Assembly: GCA_964621395.1 (NCBI GenBank)
Contig: CAZULS010000002.1
Coordinates: 87,306 to 151,305, forward strand
Source: an uncultured Candidatus Saccharibacteria bacterium
GTDB taxonomy: Bacteria > Patescibacteriota > Minisyncoccia > Phycocordibacterales > JACNGX01
DNA: 64,000 bases
Direction: 5' to 3'
The notes beneath the pieces were generated by a model. That model saw only the letters and a program-made list of their open reading frames with translations. It searched no databases and had not been told where the DNA came from. Positions 50,045-60,503 of this stretch are shown here, in pieces (position 1 is the first letter of the stretch; every line of letters begins with the position of its first letter). The position numbers and the translations under genes were made by a program.

Positions 50045-51013
50045 ATGCTAGATCACAGCGTCGTCCTCCCTTCCTCCCCACGTGTCGTATCCGAAGATGC
50101 GACAAAAGGCATCTATGAGATTGATGGTCTCTACACCGGATACGGACACACTCTCGGAAATTCGCTTCGTCGAATTATTCTTTCTTCGCTTCCCGGTTTT
50201 GCTATTACGTCGGTGAAAATCGCCGGTGTTCCGCATGAATTTTCCACCATTGATGGCGTCAAAGAAGACGTGATTGCATTGTTGCTCAATCTCAAAAAAG
50301 TACGATTGGCATTTGATGGAAGTGAATCACAGACATTTACCTGCACCCTGAAGGGTCCGAAGCCGGTAACAGCCGGCGATTTGAGCGTGCCGTCTCAGGT
50401 GCGTGTACTCAATCCCGAGCAGCACATTGCCGAGCTGACCGCTAAGGGTTCGTCTCTTGAAATTGAAATCACCGTGGAGAAAGGGCTCGGCTATGTTGCC
50501 AAAGAAGTGCATGCCGGCGGGAAGAACGATGTGGGTGTGATTGCGCTTGATGCAACGTTCACTCCGATTCGCCGTGCCAACTACGAAGTGGAAAACATGC
50601 GTGTTGGTGATCGTACCGATTACAATCGTTTGCGCATGGTGATTGAAACAGACGGCACACTCACACCGCGCGAAGCACTCGAGCGTTCCATTGTGGTGAT
50701 GATTGAGCAATTGAAAGCGATTGTTGGCTTCCAGGAAGAGGAACCGGAGGAAGAAGTTGCTGATGCACCGGAAGAGGGAGCTGAGGAAGAAAAAGGCGAG
50801 ACCGATGCAGATGCTTTGAAAACGCGCATCGAGTCTCTCGAAGAGCTTTCCAGCCGTACATCCAATGCGCTGCTGGAGGCAAGTATTCGCACCGTGGGCG
50901 GACTTGTGCGCAAGAGTGAAGAAGACCTTCTTGCTCTTGAGGGCGTGGGAGATAAGAGTGTGCAGGAAATTCGTCGCGCACTCGCAAACTTCGGCTTGAC
51001 TCTGAAGCAATAA
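50045..51013 (+). CDS. rpoA: RNA polymerase alpha subunit
   Basis: GYGHTLGNSLRRIILSSLPG, HEFSTI, VENMRVG, alpha-CTD. Confidence 0.98.
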   Translation: MLDHSVVLPSSPRVVSEDATKGIYEIDGLYTGYGHTLGNSLRRIILSSLPGFAITSVKIAGVPHEFSTIDGVKEDVIALLLNLKKVRLAFDGSESQTFTCTLKGPKPVTAGDLSVPSQVRVLNPEQHIAELTAKGSSLEIEITVEKGLGYVAKEVHAGGKNDVGVIALDATFTPIRRANYEVENMRVGDRTDYNRLRMVIETDGTLTPREALERSIVVMIEQLKAIVGFQEEEPEEEVADAPEEGAEEEKGETDADALKTRIESLEELSSRTSNALLEASIRTVGGLVRKSEEDLLALEGVGDKSVQEIRRALANFGLTLKQ

Positions 51014-51023
51014 TCCGTATACT

Positions 51024-51218
51024 GGAACCCACCTCATATTAAAACGCCAGAGAAAGGACTCACGCACTTCGTGCAACGGCTTGACAGTTCTCGCACCACA
51101 TATTCGGCTGCACCTTGTCTCTCAACCGCACCGCACGAGTAGTGCGGCACGGTCTCCGAGACATCTACGCTGCGAATATGTGACACGAGAACAAGTCATT
51201 TAATATGAGGCGGGTTCC
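51024..51218 (-). mobile_element. 195-bp structured repeat element, copy C (opposite orientation)
   Basis: minus strand aaatgacttgttctcg...gacaaggtgcagcc...gcgagaac. Confidence 0.7.
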
Positions 51219-51236
51219 GGAGCCTATTCCTAATGT

Positions 51237-51587
51237 ATGAAACATCACAGCAAACATCGAACACTTGGACGCGATAATGATCAGCGTAAAGCACTTTTGA
51301 AAGGCTTGGCTGTGTCTCTTGTGCGTGATGAAAAGATTATGACTACGGAAGCAAAGGCAAAGGAGCTCCGTCCGTTTATCGAAAAGCTCATTACACGTGC
51401 ATCAAAGGGAGATGTGGCTGCACGTCGTTTGCTCGTGTCACGCGTTGGCTCTGAGATTACTGCAGAGAAGCTCATGAAGGAGATTGCTCCGCGCTACGAA
51501 AACCGCGCCGGTGGATACACCCGTATTACCAAGATTGCTCCACGCAGCGGTGACGCAAGTCCGATGGCTGTTATTGAATTTGTATAA
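51237..51587 (+). CDS. rplQ: 50S ribosomal protein L17
   Basis: [25 protein letters not shown]. Confidence 0.97.
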   Translation: MKHHSKHRTLGRDNDQRKALLKGLAVSLVRDEKIMTTEAKAKELRPFIEKLITRASKGDVAARRLLVSRVGSEITAEKLMKEIAPRYENRAGGYTRITKIAPRSGDASPMAVIEFV

Positions 51588-51589
51588 TT

Positions 51590-51934
51590 ATGGAATACAC
51601 ACTTGATGCACAAGAAAAGAGCGTAGGACGTGTTGCAACCGAAGCGGCTATGGCGCTTATGGGAAAGAACACGTCGAGTTATAAGCCGAATGTTGCTCCG
51701 GATGTATCTGTGCGTATCGTGAATGCCTCAAAGGCGAATATCTCCGAGAAGAAGAAGGGAGAGAAGACATACGAGCGCTATTCCGGATATCCGGGAGGTC
51801 TCAAGTCTGCCACAATGGGAGAGGTGATTGAGAAGAAAGGATACGGAGAAATCTTCCGCATGGCGGTAAAAGGCATGCTTCCGAAGAATAAGCTCCAGGC
51901 GGTGATGATGAAGAATCTCACGGTTGAAGAGTAG
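51590..51934 (+). CDS. rplM: 50S ribosomal protein L13 (short form)
   Basis: LDA..GRVAT..LMGK, YSGYPGGLK, AVKGMLPKN. Confidence 0.95.
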   Translation: MEYTLDAQEKSVGRVATEAAMALMGKNTSSYKPNVAPDVSVRIVNASKANISEKKKGEKTYERYSGYPGGLKSATMGEVIEKKGYGEIFRMAVKGMLPKNKLQAVMMKNLTVEE

Positions 51935-52074
51935 TCAACGGGTACGAAGTACGAACCAATACGAACATACGAATACAGTGTTTAAGAAGTATTCACGTGT
52001 ATCGTTTTTCATACCACAGACGACAGCAATAGTTTCAGTTTAACGTCTATAGTTTATCGTTTTTATTTACTTTC

Positions 52075-52485
52075 ATGTCAGCAACTACAAGCAAAAATAC
52101 CTATATCGAAGCAGTGGGACGTCGAAAAACGGCAGTGGCACGCGTGCGTATCACTGAAAGTGCAAAGCCGTCGTTTACGGTCAACGGTCGTGAGCTCGCT
52201 GAATATTTCCCAACAGACGCTTTGAAGAAGATTGCTCAAGAGGCGATTGCAACATCCGGTCTTGCAACCAAGTTTGCCGTATCGGCGAAGGTGGTGGGAA
52301 GCGGCATTCACGCCCAGGCTGAGGCGGTGCGCCATGGACTCTCTCGTGCGCTTGTGAAGGTGGATGCTGAAACTCGTAAAGAGCTCAAACCGGCAGGATT
52401 TCTCAAGCGTGACCCGCGAAGTGTGGAACGAAAGAAATTCGGTCTCAAGAAAGCCCGCCGCGCATCACAGTGGTCTAAACGCTAA
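52075..52485 (+). CDS. rpsI: 30S ribosomal protein S9
   Basis: GRRKTAVARV, RDPRSVERKKFG, QWSKR. Confidence 0.98.
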   Translation: MSATTSKNTYIEAVGRRKTAVARVRITESAKPSFTVNGRELAEYFPTDALKKIAQEAIATSGLATKFAVSAKVVGSGIHAQAEAVRHGLSRALVKVDAETRKELKPAGFLKRDPRSVERKKFGLKKARRASQWSKR

Positions 52486-52734
52486 GCAAAGCTTAGCGTC
52501 GACCGAACATCCGGAGGATGTTTTAGGTCTAAACGCTAATATACATACTCAAACCAAAACCGCTCGCAGGGGCGGTTTTGCTGTATACAAAAACGGGCGA
52601 AACAGCAGAGCTGTTTCGCCCGTTTTGGCACACACCCAGCTCCCCAAAAGCACCAACGTTGGGACAACGTTGTCCCAACGTTACCTATTTCTGATGAGGT
52701 TTTTGATGGGCAGGATGTGATATACTTTCAGTAT

Positions 52735-52893
52735 ATGAAACATGTGCGAAAAATTATAAAGAATGGGGCCGGCTCATACTATGTAAATGTGCCCAAGAAA
52801 GTGGTGAAGGAGCTTCGCTTGAAGGAGCGACAAAAGGTGACGGTGCGCGCTTCCGGCGCAAAAATTGTAATTGAGGACTGGAAAGAGAAGTAA
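52735..52893 (+). CDS. AbrB/MazE/SpoVT-family small DNA-binding protein (52 aa, not in ORF track)
   Basis: MKHVRKIIKNGAGSYYVNVPKKVVKELRLKERQKVTVRASGAKIVIEDWKEK. Confidence 0.8.
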   Translation: MKHVRKIIKNGAGSYYVNVPKKVVKELRLKERQKVTVRASGAKIVIEDWKEK

Positions 52894-53135
52894 AGAAAGC
52901 AGTGCGGGCATTTCATGCCCGCACTGCTTTTGTGTGATAAAATATAGTCGATGGATATTGAGGATTTCAATACTTGCACCAATATATAATTTTAGATATA
53001 GTAATAATACCATCCACAACCAACCTTACCAAATGCATAAAATATATCCTGCCATTCAATATAACAAAAGCACCAATTATTCTATATGAGCAGTTTAAAA
53101 GACAGTTTAGTGAGGTTAGTTAGGATTGGTATAAT

Positions 53136-53327
53136 ATGGTTATGAAGAACACACGCACCAAAACTAATTCAGGTCAATTCACCGCTAAGCGCTTTGACAC
53201 AAAGATGTCGACTATCGAAAAGACGTATAATGTTGATCTCGGCGTTCGTGGTGATATGAAGTTAGGGAATTATCTTAAGGAAAAAGGATATCCCTCCCTT
53301 TCAAAGATGTTAAAAGATGCATCGTGA
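53136..53327 (+). CDS. small basic hypothetical protein
   Basis: 63 aa; overlaps the start of the next ORF. Confidence 0.65.
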   Translation: MVMKNTRTKTNSGQFTAKRFDTKMSTIEKTYNVDLGVRGDMKLGNYLKEKGYPSLSKMLKDAS

Positions 53328-53886
53328 TTTGAATATGGCTGGATCAAATTTTCCTTTTATTCCAAAGAGTGTCTTACGGAAGAATCTCGATGAATCGTTT
53401 GAACATATACTGACACTACTCCCGTTTACCGAGTCAAAGAGCTATAATGAGGCTGCAAAGAGCGCTTTTCGTAAGACGATTATTATTTACACCGCATCGA
53501 TTGTCGAAGCGCTTGTTTTTTATGTGATTGATACAGAATTCTCTGACGATGACGTTAGAGAGTATTACAGTACATGGGAGTTAAAAGATAAGAAGATGCT
53601 CCATGTTCTCGACAGTGAACGTAAGATTGTTGCTGGAACATACTGTAGAGTTTTGGCAAAGTCCGGGAAAGGTAAGATGAATCTTGGACAGATTATTCGA
53701 TTTTTGAAGGACAAGGAAATTCTCGACGAGGATTTATATAAGAAAGTCGATCAGATTCGTGTTTTCCGTAATGAACAGCATATTGGAACACACAGCAATG
53801 TTCCGATATATGGAAAGAAAAAGTTAGAAAAAGCTTTCTCAATTGCAAAAGATGTGAAAGAGTTCGTGAGAGAAAGATATGAGTAA
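53317..53886 (+). CDS. hypothetical protein, possible HEPN-like domain
   Basis: SIVEAL and RVFRNEQH; low GC. Confidence 0.65.
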   Translation: MHRDLNMAGSNFPFIPKSVLRKNLDESFEHILTLLPFTESKSYNEAAKSAFRKTIIIYTASIVEALVFYVIDTEFSDDDVREYYSTWELKDKKMLHVLDSERKIVAGTYCRVLAKSGKGKMNLGQIIRFLKDKEILDEDLYKKVDQIRVFRNEQHIGTHSNVPIYGKKKLEKAFSIAKDVKEFVRERYE

Positions 53887-53965
53887 CATATTTTTGTCTC
53901 CCCGGAAAATAACATTCCAGATCAAAAATTGACAAAGAAGATTTTTGGGTTACAATGGTTTCGCT

Positions 53966-54586
53966 ATGGATACTCATGATAACATCAACGACGATATGAA
54001 TGACGAGGTGGACGTTTCTTCTGTACCTGAAGAGAGTGCGGATGACGTTGTGTTTGAGGAAGAGGGCCTAAACGCCGACGAGTCGGCATCGGCCGAGCTT
54101 CGCAATGACCCCGCGGCGATGAAGCGTTTGCGTGAGAAGCTGAAGGTGGCGGTGAAGGAGAAGCAGGAATATCTCGATGGCTGGCAACGCGCGAAGGCTG
54201 ATTTGGTGAATGTGAAACGTGAACATGAGGATACTCGTGTGCGCATGATGCATATGGGAAAGAGCGCGATGATTGAGGATCTTCTCTCTGTGGCAGACAG
54301 CTTTGATATGGCATTTGGGAATGAGGAAGCTTGGGAGAAGGTGGACAGAGGGTGGCGTACCGGTGTGGAATATATTTACGCGCAGTTTAAGCGCGTGCTC
54401 GATGACCACGGTATTGAAATCATTGATCCAGAGGGTGAGGATTTCGATCCGGAAAAGCATGAAGCGGTGGAGATGGTATCGGTTGAAGAAGAGAGCGAAA
54501 AAGGAAAAGTCCAAAACGTGCTTTCTAAGGGATATTTCTTTGATGGTAAAGTCCTTCGCGCTGCGCGCGTGAAGGTGGGGGAGTGA
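53966..54586 (+). CDS. grpE: nucleotide exchange factor GrpE
   Basis: WQRAKADLVN, FDPEKHEAV, KGY..LRAARVKV. Confidence 0.96.
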   Translation: MDTHDNINDDMNDEVDVSSVPEESADDVVFEEEGLNADESASAELRNDPAAMKRLREKLKVAVKEKQEYLDGWQRAKADLVNVKREHEDTRVRMMHMGKSAMIEDLLSVADSFDMAFGNEEAWEKVDRGWRTGVEYIYAQFKRVLDDHGIEIIDPEGEDFDPEKHEAVEMVSVEEESEKGKVQNVLSKGYFFDGKVLRAARVKVGE

Positions 54587-54827
54587 TGAGGGGTCGTCTG
54601 CCCGCGCGTGCACTGCGTATTCCATGCGCAGTGCACGCGCGGGCAAGTGATTGGATTTGAAACGAGACTTGCCAAGACCCAGCCCCACACCAATGATTTT
54701 GAGAGCTTATATTCTTGCCAGTACCGTTATGTTGCTGAGGAGAATGTTCTCTTTATGAAATCAAAAGTGTGGGGCTGGGTGACAACTTCTTTTTATCGTT
54801 AACAGTTAATCGTTTATTGTTACACTT

Positions 54828-56756
54828 ATGTCTAAAATTCTAGGAATCGATTTAGGAACAACAAACTCTGCCATGGCTATCGTGGAGGGTGGTGAGCCGC
54901 GCATTATTGAAAATGCCGAAGGTGCACGCACGACACCGTCTATTATCGCAAAAGCGAAAAACAACGAACGCACAGCGGGTATGGCGGCAAAGCGTCAGGC
55001 GGTAACCAATCCGGAAAATACTCTCTTTGGTATCAAGCGTTTGATTGGACACCGCTATGATGATGCGGCCGTGCAGAAAGATAAAGAGATTGTTCCATTT
55101 GCTATCGAAAAATCAGATGGCGAAGGTGTGCAGGTAAAAATGGGTGAGGACACGTATCGTCCGGAAGAAATTTCGGCTATGGTTCTCGGTAAGCTAAAGA
55201 GCGATGCCGAAGCAAAGCTCGGTGAGACGATTACTGAGGCGGTGATTACCGTGCCGGCATACTTCAACGATGCGCAGCGTAAGGCTACCAAAGACGCCGG
55301 AGCGATTGCCGGTTTCGATGTAAAGCGCATCATCAATGAACCGACAGCGGCAGCGCTTGCGTATGGTTTCAATAAGAAGAAAGACGAGCAGATTGCCGTA
55401 TACGACTTTGGTGGCGGTACATTCGACATCTCCATTCTTGAGGTTGGCGATGATGTGATTGAAGTAAAATCAACAGACGGCGACGCGCACATGGGCGGTG
55501 AGGATATCGATCAGAAAATCGTGAATTGGCTCGGTGAAGAGTTTAAAAAAGATCAGGGAGTGGATATTCTCAAAGACGTGCTTGCTTTGCAGCGTTTGAA
55601 AGAGGCGGCGGAGAAAGCAAAGCACGAACTCTCCACCACAATGGAAACAGAAGTGAATATTCCGTTTATTACCTCTGATGCATCGGGGCCGAAGCATTTG
55701 CTTCTCAAAATGAGTCGCGCGAAGCTCGAAGAGCTCGCTGCAGAATATATTGATCGCTCGATTGAGATTACGAAGCGTGCTGTGGAAGCATCCGGCTTTT
55801 CCGTGAGCGATATCGATGAAGTGATCTTGGTGGGTGGACAAACACGCATGCCGGCAATCACGAATGCCGTGAAAGAGCTTTTCGGTAAGGAGCCGAATAA
55901 ATCAATCAATCCGGATGAAGTGGTGGCGCTTGGTGCCGCTATTCAGGCGGGGATCTTGCAGGGTGATGTGAAGGATGTGCTTCTTCTTGATGTGACGCCG
56001 CTTTCCTTTGGTATTGAAACCATGGGAGGAATTGCGACAAAGCTTATTGAGAAGAACACCACCATTCCGGCGAATAAGTCGCAGGTCTTTTCGACGGCTG
56101 CTGACAATCAGCCGTCGGTTGAGATTCATGTGGTGCAAGGGGAGCGTCCGATGTCTGCTGACAACCGTTCACTTGGCCGCTTTGTGCTCGACGGTATTCC
56201 GCCGGCGCCGAGAGGTGTGCCGCAGATTGAGGTGTCGTTTGATATCGATGCCAATGGAATTTTGAATGTGAAGGCGGTGGATAAGGCAACGAACAAAGAG
56301 CAGTCGATTCACATTGAGGCGACATCAGGCATCTCTGATGAGGATATTGAAAAGATGAAGGCTGATGCTGAGAAACACGCCGATGAAGACAAGAAGCGCA
56401 GAGAAGCGGTGGAGACGAAGAACACCGCCGAGCAACTTGCCTACGGTGCCGAGAAGGCGCTCAAGGACAATGCTGATAAGATTACGGATGAGATTAAAAC
56501 AAATGTGGAAGAGAAGGTAAAAGCACTTCGCGAAAAGCTCGCGGGGGACGACACGGAGGCAATCACGAAAGCATCCGAAGAACTCTCAACGGCAATGCAA
56601 ACGATTGGCGAGCATATCGCCAAAGAGGGGCAGAATGCGCAAGCTGAAGGGACTCCCGGTGCGGAAGGAGCGAACGAGACTCCCAATGAGGATGATGTCC
56701 GCGATGCGGAATTTGAGGAGAAGAAAGAAGAAGGAGAAGAAGGAAAAGACAAATAA
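54828..56756 (+). CDS. dnaK: chaperone DnaK
   Basis: [33 protein letters not shown]. Confidence 0.99.
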   Translation: MSKILGIDLGTTNSAMAIVEGGEPRIIENAEGARTTPSIIAKAKNNERTAGMAAKRQAVTNPENTLFGIKRLIGHRYDDAAVQKDKEIVPFAIEKSDGEGVQVKMGEDTYRPEEISAMVLGKLKSDAEAKLGETITEAVITVPAYFNDAQRKATKDAGAIAGFDVKRIINEPTAAALAYGFNKKKDEQIAVYDFGGGTFDISILEVGDDVIEVKSTDGDAHMGGEDIDQKIVNWLGEEFKKDQGVDILKDVLALQRLKEAAEKAKHELSTTMETEVNIPFITSDASGPKHLLLKMSRAKLEELAAEYIDRSIEITKRAVEASGFSVSDIDEVILVGGQTRMPAITNAVKELFGKEPNKSINPDEVVALGAAIQAGILQGDVKDVLLLDVTPLSFGIETMGGIATKLIEKNTTIPANKSQVFSTAADNQPSVEIHVVQGERPMSADNRSLGRFVLDGIPPAPRGVPQIEVSFDIDANGILNVKAVDKATNKEQSIHIEATSGISDEDIEKMKADAEKHADEDKKRREAVETKNTAEQLAYGAEKALKDNADKITDEIKTNVEEKVKALREKLAGDDTEAITKASEELSTAMQTIGEHIAKEGQNAQAEGTPGAEGANETPNEDDVRDAEFEEKKEEGEEGKDK

Positions 56757-56814
56757 CAAATTCCAAATCACACATAATATCAAAATTTCAAAAATAAAAT
56801 AAAAAAGAAAAAAC

Positions 56815-56850
56815 AAAAAAGCGCGCGACCCTTCGGGTCGCGCGCTTTTT
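56815..56850 (+). terminator. intrinsic terminator after dnaK
   Basis: aaaaaagcgcgcgacc-cttcg-ggtcgcgcgctttttt. Confidence 0.85.
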
Positions 56851-57155
56851 TACATATTCATCTCAAGGTGTCATCCCGCACTTGATGCGGGATCTCGAGA
56901 GAGTTGTTTCTTGACGTTTAGATCCAGCCCCACTTTCACTGATTAGTTTATATGGCTATTTTAAGATAGACGAAGTTTCTAACTTGCTTTAAAGAATAAT
57001 TTAATCAGTGAAAGTGGGGCTGGATGACAGCAAAAGAGAATAGCGAAGCAAAAGTCCTATTCGTATGTCCGTACATCTTCGTACTTCGTACCCCTTTTTG
57101 TATTTCAGGAAAAATATGATATGCTCATGCCAGAATTTTTTGTAACTTTAGCTTT

Positions 57156-57578
57156 GTGTCCATGCATATTGATTATGTTACGGTGCTGTTCTATTGCTTC
57201 CTCTGGCCCCTCCTCATCGGAGAGCTTTTTCTTTTTACCAGAAAAGATGAGGCTGTGATATGGCGACTTCGTATCGCTCTCGCAATTGTACTCCTCGTAG
57301 GAGTAGTCATGTATTCCTATTTCATGACGCCACCGGATGAGCTGCCGGCTCGTTTTCTTGTATCGCTCTTGGTCTTCACTAAGGGCGTTTTTTTGTGTAT
57401 ACTATGTAGAGCCTCTTTCATATTAAACCGCCAAAATGGTATTTTCACACTTTCGTATGAATGCTTGGCAATTCTCGCACACCATATTCGGCTGCATCTT
57501 GTTGCTCAACAGCACCGCACGAAAGTGCGGCGCAGTCTCCGCAACATCGGTTCGCACGAATATGCTGCACGAGCATAA
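57156..57578 (+). CDS. hypothetical membrane protein between dnaK and dnaJ
   Basis: 3 hydrophobic segments; TATGAT-like -10 upstream. Confidence 0.55.
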   Translation: MSMHIDYVTVLFYCFLWPLLIGELFLFTRKDEAVIWRLRIALAIVLLVGVVMYSYFMTPPDELPARFLVSLLVFTKGVFLCILCRASFILNRQNGIFTLSYECLAILAHHIRLHLVAQQHRTKVRRSLRNIGSHEYAARA

Positions 57579-57606
57579 GCCATTTAATCTGAAAGAGACT
57601 CTATCT

Positions 57607-58677
57607 ATGAGCAAAGACTATTACGGTATTTTGGGTGTCGAAAAGAATGCATCCAAAGACGATATCAAGAAGGCGTTTCGCAAGCTCGCGCATAAATATC
57701 ATCCCGATAAGAAGGAAGGGGATGAGTCGAAATTCAAAGAAGTGAATGAGGCCTATCAAATTCTCTCCGACGAAAAGAAGCGCGCGGAGTATGATACCTA
57801 TGGGCAAACATTCGGTGGTGCCGGCGGTGGATACGGTGATTTCGGCGGCTTTGGTGGATTTGGCGGTGCACAAGGTGCCGGCGTGGAGTTTGATGTCGGC
57901 GATATCTTCAATCAATTTTTTGGCGGTCAGGGTGGCGGCATGGGACGTGAGCGTCGAGGTCGCGACATGTCGATTGATATTGAGGTGTCGTTTAAAGATG
58001 CTGTCTTTGGAACAAAACGCTCAATCCTTCTCACCAAGATGGGCGTGTGTGATGATTGCGGGGGCACGGGTGCTAAGAAAGGTTCGGGAATGAAAACATG
58101 TGAAGCATGTAATGGCCAAGGGAAAGTGCATGAGGCACGGAAGTCTCCCTTTGGAACATTTTCGGTGACACGTGTGTGTGAGGCATGCGGCGGTACGGGA
58201 GAAGTGCCCAAGGAGGTGTGTGCGACATGTAAAGGGCAAGGCGTACTCCATAAGCGTGAAGAGGTGAACATTCGTATTCCGGCAGGAATCGGAAGCGGTG
58301 AAATGATTCGCATCACCGGTGGCGGCGAGGCGATTCCAAAAGGCACGGCAGGTGATTTGTATATCAAGGTGCATGTGACACCTGATGAGCAATTTTCACG
58401 CGAGGGCAATAACATCATCATGAAGCTGCCGATTAAGCTCTCCGAAGCGCTCTTGGGAGCAACGCGCGGTATTGATACACTCGACGGCTCGATCGATCTT
58501 TCGATTCCTCCGGGAGCGCATCACGGTGAGAAATTGCGTGTGCGTGGCAAAGGTGTGCCGACGGGCGACGGAGAGCGGAGGGGTGATTTGCTCGTTCTTC
58601 TTTCCATTGAAATGCCGAAGAAATTATCACGCACGGCAAAAAAGCTTGTTGAAGAATTGCAGCAAGAAGGTATTTAA
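57607..58677 (+). CDS. dnaJ: chaperone DnaJ
   Basis: J-domain HPD, G/F region, four CxxCxGxG. Confidence 0.98.
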   Translation: MSKDYYGILGVEKNASKDDIKKAFRKLAHKYHPDKKEGDESKFKEVNEAYQILSDEKKRAEYDTYGQTFGGAGGGYGDFGGFGGFGGAQGAGVEFDVGDIFNQFFGGQGGGMGRERRGRDMSIDIEVSFKDAVFGTKRSILLTKMGVCDDCGGTGAKKGSGMKTCEACNGQGKVHEARKSPFGTFSVTRVCEACGGTGEVPKEVCATCKGQGVLHKREEVNIRIPAGIGSGEMIRITGGGEAIPKGTAGDLYIKVHVTPDEQFSREGNNIIMKLPIKLSEALLGATRGIDTLDGSIDLSIPPGAHHGEKLRVRGKGVPTGDGERRGDLLVLLSIEMPKKLSRTAKKLVEELQQEGI

Positions 58678-58698
58678 TCGATCAATTTTTCTTTCTTA

Positions 58699-58883
58699 GA
58701 GTCTGTTCACAATCTCATGTCGTGCGTGATATGCCCATATGCCGAGCGAAAATCGTGAAAAACGGTGATGGAGTACTCTCGTACTTTGAGACGTTTTGAG
58801 CGATTTGCAGCCGGTATATGGGCATATCAGCCGACAAGGACAATTTTTATTCATTCAATTCCGTTGAGATTATGAACAGGCTC
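58699..58883 (+). mobile_element. 185-bp MITE-like element, TTA-flanked
   Basis: same family as 29072-29256; ends 6 nt before ATG 58890. Confidence 0.85.
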
Positions 58884-58889
58884 TTACAT

Positions 58890-60488
58890 ATGAAACAGCG
58901 TCTCAAAGACGTGTGGTGGACCGTTATTCCATGGATACTCCAAACAATCGTGTGGATTCCCGCGCAGATTATTCTGCACTTCTTCCTTCGCCTTCGTGTA
59001 GAAGGATATAAACGGATCAAGCACATTCGCGGACCGGTTATTTTCGTATCCAATCATACAAGCTACTGGGATCCGATTATGATTCCGGCGGCGTTGCCAC
59101 TCTTTTCTCGATTTTTCCCAATGATGTATGTGGCACGTGAGCGCAATTATTACAGACGTGCCAAACACTTTATCGGTGCGACATCGTTTAAGGTATGGGG
59201 GGCGCATCCGGCACACGGCGGACTGTGTGATTATGCTCGCTCACTCGATGACCATGAACGGTTTCTAAACCAAGGAAGAAGTGTGTGCATGTTTCCTGAA
59301 GGGACGCTACCGGAAGAGGAAGACAGCATCCAACCTTTCAAAGGAGGCATTGGCTATTTGGTATGTCATACAAAAGCAACGATTATTCCTGTCTCCATTA
59401 CAGGGATGTTTTCTGTAACAGCAAAAGATTTCTTCAGCAGGAAACGTCGTGCCACACTCACATTCGGCGAGCCGCTTACCAACAACCCGCTCTGCGTCGT
59501 TGCCAAGGGGGAAACACCCGATGTGGAGTGTTACAAAAAAACCGCCGAAAAGATTAGAGAAGAATTAAGCGTTCTTTTTTCAATTGGTTACAATACGATG
59601 CACGATTATCTTCCCGAACAAGAATATCATCATGCTTTCGCTAGACCATTTCGCGCTATTGGTCGTTTTATACTCAATCATTTACATCTTGTTCCGGGTA
59701 TGAATAATATAGCGCGAAAGACAAACAGAGGCGCGCGAGAAGTACTGGAGAACAAAACAACGCACCAGGCCCTGGAAGTGCTGTATCGGAAAGGGGACAC
59801 AGGGAAAAAAGAAACATTTCTGGGAAACATATTTCGTTCACTATGGTTTTTTACCGACAATGCGAAAGGAGTCAGAAACCGTCTTAGAATTGTAAAAAAT
59901 GGAATTGTGAGAGAGCTCGTAAACATTCATAGCGATGAATGTCACAATAATACTGTGCACATGCTCAGTATTGCGTCTGGATCGGCGCGCGCGGTGCTGG
60001 AAGCGATACAGCGAGCAAGAGAAATGAATGTCGAAAAGGACATTCATGTAACCTTTTTAGATAAAAGTCCTCAGGCAATTTCATACAGTCGCACATTGGC
60101 ACAATCGGTATGTGATGAAGATGTTCTCAAAAAAACACACATGCAATGGGTGACTGACACTGCAAGCAATTTTACAAAGTACGCAGATGAGGGGTCTTTA
60201 GATATTATTGAAATGGTCGGCCTGCTTGACTACTTCGATGACGAAAAAGCGCAACGTCTTTTTGAAAAAGCGTACCGCTACTTACGTTCAGGAGGCGTGT
60301 TCATTACTGCCAATATTGACTATAATAAAGAGTATGCATTCGTGAACAACTTTGTCGATTGGCGTATGATATATCGTTCATCGCACGAGTTAGCAGCGTT
60401 AGCGCGTCGTGCTGGCTTTAATGCACAGTACATGCGCGTATATACAGAACCTCTCGGAGTTCACAATGTGCTCATCGTGAGGAAATAA
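58890..60488 (+). CDS. PlsC-family acyltransferase fused to a class I SAM methyltransferase
   Basis: NHTSYWD, FPEGT, IIPVSI; then SIASGSA, VGLLDYF, LRSGG, DWRMIYRS. Confidence 0.85.
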   Translation: MKQRLKDVWWTVIPWILQTIVWIPAQIILHFFLRLRVEGYKRIKHIRGPVIFVSNHTSYWDPIMIPAALPLFSRFFPMMYVARERNYYRRAKHFIGATSFKVWGAHPAHGGLCDYARSLDDHERFLNQGRSVCMFPEGTLPEEEDSIQPFKGGIGYLVCHTKATIIPVSITGMFSVTAKDFFSRKRRATLTFGEPLTNNPLCVVAKGETPDVECYKKTAEKIREELSVLFSIGYNTMHDYLPEQEYHHAFARPFRAIGRFILNHLHLVPGMNNIARKTNRGAREVLENKTTHQALEVLYRKGDTGKKETFLGNIFRSLWFFTDNAKGVRNRLRIVKNGIVRELVNIHSDECHNNTVHMLSIASGSARAVLEAIQRAREMNVEKDIHVTFLDKSPQAISYSRTLAQSVCDEDVLKKTHMQWVTDTASNFTKYADEGSLDIIEMVGLLDYFDDEKAQRLFEKAYRYLRSGGVFITANIDYNKEYAFVNNFVDWRMIYRSSHELAALARRAGFNAQYMRVYTEPLGVHNVLIVRK

Positions 60489-60503
60489 GCCGAAAGTTTT
60501 AAT

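Noticed and set aside
51590-51934. rplM as a truncated pseudogene
   Set aside because: Intact frame with conserved motifs; a short L13 is plausible for this lineage
54587-54827. CIRCE operator before dnaK
   Set aside because: No TTAGCACTC-N9-GAGTGCTAA; the spacer holds palindromic repeats instead
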